DNA from: Anaerolineales bacterium
Lineage (GTDB): Bacteria; Chloroflexota; Anaerolineae; Anaerolineales; UBA6668
Length of the DNA: 64,000 nt
Reading direction: 5' to 3'
Assembly (NCBI GenBank): GCA_020630175.1
Contig: JAHDBW010000004.1
Coordinates: 8,694 to 72,693 of the forward strand
The position numbers and the translations under genes are program-made. Under the pieces are notes generated by a model that did no database searches, was not told where the DNA came from, and saw only the letters and a program-made list of their open reading frames with translations. Within the stretch, counting starts at the first letter, position 1. The number at the start of each line of letters is the position of its first letter. Below are positions 57,094 through 64,000 of this stretch, piece by piece.

Positions 57094-57490
57094 GGTTACC
57101 TTTGCAGGGGGGCAGCCACATAGATAGTAACCAGTAACGAGTCTGCTAGCCATGATGCTCGTCGTAACGTCATCCTTGCAGCAGTTGACTGGATACTAAA
57201 ATCTTGCATTGTTGGCTCCGGCGTAGGGAAATTTACTATTGTGGCCGCTTGAGGCTGAAGCCATCAGGCTAGCGGTAGTGGGAAAGCCCTTTGGGCTTGG
57301 GCGACTTATAGATCAATCAAACAGTAATTAGACTGTTGGCTATAACGTAAGTCGTAATGTCATCCCGTGCAAGCAGTGCGTCAATCGTTATCAGGGGCTT
57401 TCGAACTCGCGTGGGATGATAGTTAACTGCCCTCCATCTTCGGACCACGAAGCGTGATTCTTATGGGTGAATTTTTGTTCACCCCCCCCA
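57094..57490. ncRNA. Candidate structured non-coding element (strand and class unknown)
   Basis: There is no ORF of 60 aa or more on either strand. G+C is near the genome level. At least 8 local helices were read directly: 57094-99/57127-32, 57137-41/57158-62, 57245-49/57271-75, 57284-89/57293-98, 57360-66/57413-19, 57438-42/57448-52 and 57465-71/57478-84. A G6 run at 57107-12 and a C8 run at 57482-89 bracket the element. Confidence 0.3.
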
Positions 57491-58297
57491 GTAAGTCTGA
57501 GCAGGTGTTTTGTTTCCCCGAGATTGATGTGGTCTGAGCTAGTTGTATTGTTGAAAATAATTATTGGCTAAATTGATAACGGTTAATTGTTAATGATCGT
57601 GTTCATAGTACGTAGAAACACTGCATTTTCTGATCATCGACCAGATACGGATTCATTAATCATTAATAGTTACCCGTTTAGCAATTAATTATTCTTCACT
57701 TGAAAGACCACCTTGGCTTTGGTGCAGTAAACAGAAGCATTGCTGGTAACTCAGAATTATGGGTACCGCATTAGAGTAGGGTGGCTTTATTGCGCATAAG
57801 AGGTCTTTATATATCCCATGGTCGCGCCGCGTGCTATTTATAACTCAGGTTAAGATGGGGCGCGTTTCTAGCTCTTAGCCATAGATATTTACAGACTCAA
57901 AATGCTAAGTTGAATAATGCTACTAAAACGGCGTGATGTTTGCTTGGTATAAGTCATAGCTCCCAATTGTTTATCTCTGAATTCAATCTTATAGTTATAT
58001 ACTCGTGTTTGTTTTTAGACACCGTGTATTGAAACGTGTTTTGTAAAACTTATTTCCTTGGGTTAGTTTAGATAACGCGCGTGATATTCTGCTCTTTATG
58101 GTTTGAATAAACAAACCGTATTCTCCTTTGTTTTTTAGAAATAGTACATTTGCCTACATTCAAATAAACTTATTTCATACCAGCTTAGTACCCAAAAAAT
58201 ACCCACTTTCCGCTACATTTCATCTCGACTGTTAAATCAAAACTGTAAGCCGCTTTACATTTTTTAGCGTGCATTCAGTTTTAGTAAAACTTTAGTT

Positions 58298-61200
58298 ATG
58301 GAGTCTGCTGTGACATATAAATCAATTCGCCGCTTTTTTAAATACAACTTGGTAAACATGTTTCGGGTCATTATGGCCTTGTGTGTTGGCCTTACAAGCG
58401 CAATGCCAGCGTCGGTTTTTGCTGCCGAGGCAGCGCAAGCAAATTTACGCGGTGCAGAGACAGATCTCACATTGCCGGGTGGCATTCAGTCCCCTTTAGA
58501 TGGCATGTTTGCTGATCCGCTAGCGCAAGTACGCGAATTAGCCGAATTGACCGGGCAGCCGCTCCTAGAAGAAATGGAGCTGACGCCGGTGCTAAGCACG
58601 CAACTGCCGCAGCAGCGTCCCTTGCAAGCCAAATTGCGCCAATGGAGCGATTTAGCTTTTGGCTGGTTACAGTCCTTACCAATGAACAGTCAAGCTGAAA
58701 CAACAGCTGTTGTTTCAGCAGATGTAGAGACAACGGCGATCTCTGCAAGCGCCTTGGCAGAACTTCAAGCGGAGGCTGAAGCGCGCGCCTTAGCGCAAGC
58801 GCAACAGGTAGACCGCGAAACGATTGCCCAGCTAGATAGTCTAGAAAATGAATTAAGGACTCGCATCACTACTGATGTTCAGGCCGAAGCGCAAGCCCCA
58901 GCACTACAAAGCGGTGCTTGTGGCGGGTATGGCGGCGCTGGCGGTGGCGGCGGTGAGTTGGTGCCAGCTTATGGGCCAGCGACCGGTCCGGGGGCAGCGG
59001 GTCAGGTTAATCTTGAGGCGCTACCGGGCAGTGAAGTGCAAACATCAGGCGGGGCAACTAGCGCTGGGGTGGTGACGGTTGTTGGGCCGGGCGGAACGGT
59101 TACTTTTCCTGGTGGTGGTGATATTGCGGCGTTGATGGGCGGCGGGCCTGGCTCCGCTTCACCCGCAACCTTGATCTGGCAACACAGCACCATTGCCGGC
59201 GATTCTGCTGATCCACCAATGTTTTATAGCGCTGCTGTTACGTATAACTATGTTGACGTAACGGAAGCAGTGTCTACAAGCGAACTGAACGTTGTACAAG
59301 ACGGTACAGGGCAGCTTTCTGCGTCAATGACCTTCTTTGAACCATGTGGGCAACCAAGTGCAGTTCTTAAAGTTACCAGTAGTAGCGGCGCGGTAGAGAC
59401 TGTCCCGGCACTTTGTGATGATCTTGGCGGGGGGAATTGGCTGTGTACCTTTAGCGTGACAGGCTTGAACCCAGTTGGGCAAAATAGTTTTGACTTAGAT
59501 GTGACAAGCGGCGGTGGCGTTGCGGAACATAATTTGAATGATGTGCCTGCGGATGTTTCAGGCTGGTTTAGTAGCCAAGGCGAACGCGAATGCTGTAAAG
59601 AAGGGAACCCAATTAACCCTGCGACTGGGAACAATTATGACAGCTTTACCGATATTGAAGTTGCCGGTCCTGGCGATAGCAGCATTGAAGTGGTGCGCAC
59701 GTATAACAACCAAGATGACAACGTTGGCCTGTTTGGGAAGGGCTGGAACTTTACTGGCACGGCGCGTCTTGAATTTATTAACAACATCAATCTAAACGGG
59801 CTCAAAGTCCACTTCCCAGAAGGGTATACCGTTATTTTTGCTGACGCTGGCGGTGGGGCATTCACGAATCGTTCTGAGGGTGAATATCAAGAGCTTGCGC
59901 TAGTGGGTGGTGAATATGTGTTGACAGAAAAAGATCAAACCGTTTATCGCTTTGATACAAGCGGTCAACTGAAACGCATTGAAGACCCGTCTGGTAACGC
60001 AGTGGATTACACCTATGCTGGCGGTCAGCTGACCAGCATGACCAATAGCGCTGGCCGGACAGTTACGCTAAGCTACAGTGGCGGAAAAATTAGCCAAATT
60101 ACAGCGCCAGAAGGCGTCACGCTAGATTACACGTATTCTGGCGATTTGTTGACCAGCGTTAATGATGCCCGCGGCCAAGTTTGGCAATACACCTATGATG
60201 CCGCCGGTAACCTCGCGACGATTGTTTCACCAGAAGGCCACAATTGGCAAACCAATACTTACGATGAATTTGACCGCGTCACGTCTCAATTGAGTGGGCA
60301 ATCTGATGCGCTAACCTTTGCTTATAGTGATGCGACCCAAAGCCGTACGGTTACGGATAGCTACGGTGAAACCACCACCTATCAATACGATTTTGATTAC
60401 CGCATGACTGGGCGCACCGATCGGCGGGGCTATACGGAAAATTTCGCCTTCGATGCTGAAGATGAAATGACCAGTTACACCGATGCCGAAGGCCGCGTGT
60501 ATAACTACACCTATGATGCGAACGGCAACTTACTAACTGCCGCAGGCCCACTCGGCTGGACCGAAAGCTTCAGCTACGACGCCAACAACAACGTTACCAG
60601 CTACACCGATGCCGAAGGCCGCACGACGACAATGGTCTATGACACAGCGTCACGCCTGACTAGCTTGACAGACGCGGCTGGCAGCACCATGACCATTACC
60701 TACAACGGGTTTGGCTTGCCAGCGACGATTACAGATTTCAACGGTAACACCAGCAGCTTTGGCTATGATGCCGCAACTGGTGACCTCACCGCAGCTACCG
60801 ACCAAGTGGGCGACACTACCACCTTTACCTATGACGGGTTAGGGCGCTTGGCAACCACCACTACGCCAAATGGCGACACCTACACTTTCAGCTATGACGG
60901 CGCGGGCAATGTATTGGCTGTGGCCGGCCCATTAGGCTACACGGTCAGCATGACCTATGACGGCAACGGCAATCTGGCCAGCATGACCGATCCAGACGGC
61001 GGGACAGTTGCCTACACCTATGACGGATCTGAACGCCTGACCAGCATTACCAATCAAATTGGTAATACGACGGCCTTTGAGTATGGCACTGAAGACGAAC
61101 TGACCAAGGTCACTGACGCCGAAGGCAATGCGATTACCTTCACGCACGATGCAGAACAAAACGTTTTGACCATTACTGAACCACTCGGCGCAGTGACAAC

Positions 61201-64000
61201 GATGGCCTACGATGGGGTGGATAACATCACCGATATCACCGATCCGGGTGGCATTGTCACGCACTTAGTGTATGACGACCTTGACCGCGTGATTGAAGCG
61301 TATGAAAACTATGCCCCCGGTGCGCCAGCCGCGCCAGATGCCAATGTTTTGACGCAATACGTCTATGACTTGGTAGATAACGTCACCCAAGTGGTGGATG
61401 CCAACGGCAACAGCACGAGCATGGTGTATGACGTGTTAGATCGCCTAAGCAGCGTGACCAATGCTGAAGGCGAAACCACGGCTTACAGCTATGATGCCAA
61501 CAGCAACCTAACCGGCGTGACGCAGCCGAATGGCAACACCACCAGCTACGCTTACTTTGCAGACAATCAATTGCAAACCGTGACCGATCCACTCGGCAAC
61601 ATCACCACGATGGCCTATGATGCCACCGGTAACCTTGCCAGCGTGACCGACGCCCTCGGCGTGGTCACTGAATATCAATACGATGATCTGGATCGCATGG
61701 CAACCGTGATTGAGAACGCCATCGGCGGCGCAGCGGCTGACCAACAAACCAACGTCACCACCCAACTGAACTACAACCTCAGCGGTGATGTGACCAGCGT
61801 GACCGACCCGAACGGCAACCTGACGCAGCTGCAATACGATCCGGCGCACCGCATGACGGGCGTGATCGATGCGCTTGGCGGCAGCTATAACTACACCTAT
61901 AACAATGTCGATTTGCTCACATCTAGTGCAGACGCCAACGGCAACACCACCAGCTATGCCTATGACGCCCGTTACCGCATGACGCAAATGACCGATCCCG
62001 GTGGGCATGTAATGGACTATGCCTATGATGTTCGCAACAATCTGACCACCTATACTGATGCCAATGGTAACGTCACGAACATGGCTTACGATGCGCTCAA
62101 ACGCGTTACGGCTAGCACGGACGCACTTGGTGGGGTGATGAGCTACGTTTATGACCCAATGGGTAACGTGCTGACCTACACCGCTGAAGATGGCGATACC
62201 GACATTATGAGCTATGACAATGTCTATCGCTTGCTGAGCATGACCGACGCCGAAGGCTATGTGATGGGCTATGTCTATGATGACAACAGCAACCTCACCA
62301 GTTACACCGATGGCAACGGCAACACCACCAACTACGCTTACGACCTGCGCGATCAACTGATTAGCAGCACCGATGCGCTGGGGCGGGTGACGTCGCTTGC
62401 TTACGATCCGCTTTACAACGTCACCGCTGTCACCTCACCATTGGGCACAGTGACACAAATGGAATATGACCCACTGTATCGCCTCAATTCTGTAATTGAG
62501 AACTATGTCGCGGGCGCACCAACAAACCAACAAACCAACGTCACCAGCCAACTGGCCTACGACGCCAATGGCAACATTGTGGGTAGCACCGACGCTGAAG
62601 GCAACGCCACAACGCTGGCTTATGACGCGCTAGACCGCGTTAGCAGCGTGACCGACGCATTGGGCCAAGTGACGACGTTGGGTTATGACGCAACTCAAAA
62701 TCTGACCAGCGTGACCGACCGTCGCGGCAACACCACTGCCTTTGCTTACGATGCGGATGATCTGCTGATCTCTGTGACGGACGCAATTGGTGGGGCGCTG
62801 ACCTACGCTTACGATGACAACCACAATGTGCTCAGTGAAACCGATGAATTAGGACGTGTCACGGCCTATACCTATGACGCACTTGACCGCGTCACCACCA
62901 TGGTCGATCCGCGTGGACACACCATGACCTTGGCCTATGACGCGGTAGATAACCTGACCACATACACCGATGGGCGCGGCAACAACACTAGCTTTGCCTA
63001 TGACAACTTAGACCGCATCACTAGCGTGACCGATGCGCTGGGCGGTGTAAACACCATGACGTATGACGCCGTGGTAATGCTGACCAATACTGATGAAAAC
63101 GGCCACGCCAGCACTTACACCTATGATGCGGTGTACAACCCACTAACAGAGACCAACGCAGAAGCCTATGTGGTGACCTATGCGTATGACGGTCATGATA
63201 ATGTCACCAGCGTCACCGACGGCAATGGTAATGCCACGACGTTGACCTACGATCCGCGTGATCAACTCACTAGCGCCACCGATGCGCTGGGACGTGTTAC
63301 CACCTTTGCCTACGATGGCGTACGCAATCTGACCGACATCACAATGCCACTCGGCCGCGTCGATCACTTCGACTACGATGCGTTGTATCGCACAACGGCA
63401 TTCATTGAAAATTATGTGCCTGGCGGAGCTACCGACCAACAAACCAACCTACAAACTAACTACACCTACGACCCAGAAGCCAACCTGACCAGCATCACCG
63501 ATGCCGAAGGCCGCGTCACCGCCATGACGTATGACGCACTGGATCGTTTGGCAACCAGTACCGACGCGCTCGGCGAAGTCACGACCTTTGCCTATGATGC
63601 GGTTGACAACCTGACCGCCGTCACTGATCGGCGTGGCAATACCTGGACGTATGGTTATGATGCTGATGATTTGCTGATTAGCTATGCCGACCCGCTAGGC
63701 AACGCGACCACGTATACCTACGATGAAAATCACAACCAACTGACCGCCACCGATGCCAATGGCAACCCAGAGACCATGGTTTACGATGCGCTGGATCGCT
63801 TGGTCAGCATGACCAATGCCGAAGGCCACGTCATGAGCTACGCCTATGACCCCGCCGACAACCTAACGGCCTACACCGATGCGCGTGGCAACAGCACCAG
63901 CTTTGCCTATGACGACATCAACCGCGTGCTCAGCAGCACCGATGCGTTGGGTGGTGTCAGTAGCTATACCTATGATGCGGTCAGCTTACTCACCAGCACC
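58298..64000 (+). CDS. Secreted RHS/YD-repeat protein (3' end outside the window); not in the supplied ORF track
   Basis: Hand translation from ATG 58298, the first ATG after the in-frame TAG at 58265-67, is stop-free to nt 64000 (5703 nt = 1901 codons). It has a signal-like N-terminus ...VIMALCVGLTSAMPASVFA, the GNPINPATGNNYDSFTDIEV...GKGWNF motif, then dozens of YD repeats (YTYDAAGNL, YAYDALDRL, and so on). Confidence 0.9.
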   Translation, partial: MESAVTYKSIRRFFKYNLVNMFRVIMALCVGLTSAMPASVFAAEAAQANLRGAETDLTLPGGIQSPLDGMFADPLAQVRELAELTGQPLLEEMELTPVLSTQLPQQRPLQAKLRQWSDLAFGWLQSLPMNSQAETTAVVSADVETTAISASALAELQAEAEARALAQAQQVDRETIAQLDSLENELRTRITTDVQAEAQAPALQSGACGGYGGAGGGGGELVPAYGPATGPGAAGQVNLEALPGSEVQTSGGATSAGVVTVVGPGGTVTFPGGGDIAALMGGGPGSASPATLIWQHSTIAGDSADPPMFYSAAVTYNYVDVTEAVSTSELNVVQDGTGQLSASMTFFEPCGQPSAVLKVTSSSGAVETVPALCDDLGGGNWLCTFSVTGLNPVGQNSFDLDVTSGGGVAEHNLNDVPADVSGWFSSQGERECCKEGNPINPATGNNYDSFTDIEVAGPGDSSIEVVRTYNNQDDNVGLFGKGWNFTGTARLEFINNINLNGLKVHFPEGYTVIFADAGGGAFTNRSEGEYQELALVGGEYVLTEKDQTVYRFDTSGQLKRIEDPSGNAVDYTYAGGQLTSMTNSAGRTVTLSYSGGKISQITAPEGVTLDYTYSGDLLTSVNDARGQVWQYTYDAAGNLATIVSPEGHNWQTNTYDEFDRVTSQLSGQSDALTFAYSDATQSRTVTDSYGETTTYQYDFDYRMTGRTDRRGYTENFAFDAEDEMTSYTDAEGRVYNYTYDANGNLLTAAGPLGWTESFSYDANNNVTSYTDAEGRTTTMVYDTASRLTSLTDAAGSTMTITYNGFGLPATITDFNGNTSSFGYDAATGDLTAATDQVGDTTTFTYDGLGRLATTTTPNGDTYTFSYDGAGNVLAVAGPLGYTVSMTYDGNGNLASMTDPDGGTVAYTYDGSERLTSITNQIGNTTAFEYGTEDELTKVTDAEGNAITFTHDAEQNVLTITEPLGAVTTMAYDGVDNITDITDPGGIVTHLVYDDLDRVIEAYENYAPGAPAAPDANVLTQYVYDLVDNVTQVVDANGNSTSMVYDVLDRLSSVTNAEGETTAYSYDANSNLTGVTQPNGNTTSYAYFADNQLQTVTDPLGNITTMAYDATGNLASVTDALGVVTEYQYDDLDRMATVIENAIGGAAADQQTNVTTQLNYNLSGDVTSVTDPNGNLTQLQYDPAHRMTGVIDALGGSYNYTYNNVDLLTSSADANGNTTSYAYDARYRMTQMTDPGGHVMDYAYDVRNNLTTYTDANGNVTNMAYDALKRVTASTDALGGVMSYVYDPMGNVLTYTAEDGDTDIMSYDNVYRLLSMTDAEGYVMGYVYDDNSNLTSYTDGNGNTTNYAYDLRDQLISSTDALGRVTSLAYDPLYNVTAVTSPLGTVTQMEYDPLYRLNSVIENYVAGAPTNQQTNVTSQLAYDANGNIVGSTDAEGNATTLAYDALDRVSSVTDALGQVTTLGYDATQNLTSVTDRRGNTTAFAYDADDLLISVTDAIGGALTYAYDDNHNVLSETDELGRVTAYTYDALDRVTTMVDPRGHTMTLAYDAVDNLTTYTDGRGNNTSFAYDNLDRITSVTDALGGVNTMTYDAVVMLTNTDENGHASTYTYDAVYNPLTETNAEAYVVTYAYDGHDNVTSVTDGNGNATTLTYDPRDQLTSATDALGRVTTFAYDGVRNLTDITMPLGRVDHFDYDALYRTTAFIENYVPGGATDQQTNLQTNYTYDPEANLTSITDAEGRVTAMTYDALDRLATSTDALGEVTTFAYDAVDNLTAVTDRRGNTWTYGYDADDLLISYADPLGNATTYTYDENHNQLTATDANGNPETMVYDALDRLVSMTNAEGHVMSYAYDPADNLTAYTDARGNSTSFAYDDINRVLSSTDALGGVSSYTYDAVSLLTST

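Noticed and set aside
57107-57489. G6 / C8 runs as terminal inverted repeats of a MITE or IS remnant
   Set aside because: Complementarity does not extend beyond the homopolymer runs (GGGGGGCAGCCACA against GGGGGGGGTGAACA on the other strand). There is no target-site duplication or transposase.
57005-57500. tRNA-Sec (selC), tmRNA, RNase P RNA or 6S RNA downstream of selB
   Set aside because: None of the signature sequences is present on either strand:
- no GGTTCGA-type T-arm with complementary stems
- no CTTCAAA anticodon loop in a tRNA context
- no GAGGAAAGTCC or ACAGAA..CGGCTTA RNase P signatures
- no tRNA-like 3' end ...CCACCA for tmRNA
57761-57786. T-box-like string GGGTACCGC...AGGGTGGC
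   Set aside because: It only partly matches the T-box (GGGTGGTACCGCG). No Stem I, specifier or AG-box features lie upstream, and the downstream gene is an RHS protein, not an aminoacyl-tRNA-related gene.
58264-63442. Numerous short ORFs in the track, mostly on the minus strand (for example 61508-62356, 282 aa; 60932-61264; 63143-63442), plus 58875-59075 and 59538-59795 on the plus strand
   Set aside because: They are antisense or out of frame relative to the long stop-free RHS reading frame. Their V/I/G/H-rich products are what the reverse complement of YD repeats gives. None has RBS or motif support.
59800-64000. Periodic repeats that could be mistaken for a CRISPR array or tandem DNA repeat
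   Set aside because: The periodicity is at the protein level (YD repeats) with degenerate DNA. There are no identical direct repeats with unique spacers, and the region is one continuous ORF.

Overview
The window looks like a contiguous bacterial chromosomal segment with about half G+C. Gene order and protein style suggest a peptidoglycan-containing, possibly Chloroflexota-like organism, but that is inference only. All family names come from motifs I recognise by eye; no search was run.

Layout, left to right:
- (1) 1-5.5 kb: a tightly packed cassette of unknown function. It holds a helical-repeat protein truncated by the window edge, an AAA_5 ATPase, a DUF5682-like protein and a VWA protein.
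- (2) 5.6-6.7 kb: two small minus-strand genes, a cupin and an SRPBCC protein.
- (3) 7.0-24.5 kb: a near-complete division/cell-wall (dcw) operon: mraZ-rsmH-ftsL-like-PBP-murF-mraY-murD-ftsW-murG-cvpA-like-murC-murB-ddl-ftsQ-ftsA-ftsZ. murE is conspicuously absent.
- (4) 24.5-28.0 kb: nrdR and a class II (B12-dependent) ribonucleotide reductase, nrdJ. NrdR-box palindromes lie upstream of nrdR, and the nrdJ leader contains a terminator.
- (5) 28-34 kb: two convergent TolB-like lipoproteins, a DUF218 protein, a Rieske protein, a MoxR ATPase and a DUF309 protein.
- (6) 34.2-38.0 kb: three polytopic membrane proteins, at least one of the NuoN/Mrp antiporter type.
- (7) 38-53.8 kb: a glycan-assembly locus with GT4 x3, one GT-A, two O-antigen-ligase-like proteins and a flippase. 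It encloses a translationally coupled minus-strand operon: NTase-like, B12-radical SAM, 2 methyltransferases, CoA-transferase, flippase, phosphorylase-fold protein and GT.
- (8) 53.9-57.0 kb: a coiled-coil protein and selB.
- (9) 57.0-58.3 kb: a 1.3 kb ORF-free region. Its first ~400 nt are hairpin-dense with an internal duplication, which makes it a candidate structured RNA.
- (10) 58298 to the window end: a secreted RHS/YD-repeat protein ORF of more than 1,900 codons. The supplied ORF track does not list it because it has no stop inside the window.

I found no rRNA, tRNA, CRISPR array or transposase.

The items most worth follow-up are the structured ORF-free element, the nrdJ leader/terminator, the radical-SAM operon, the AAA_5-DUF5682-VWA cassette and the orphan antiporter-like trio.
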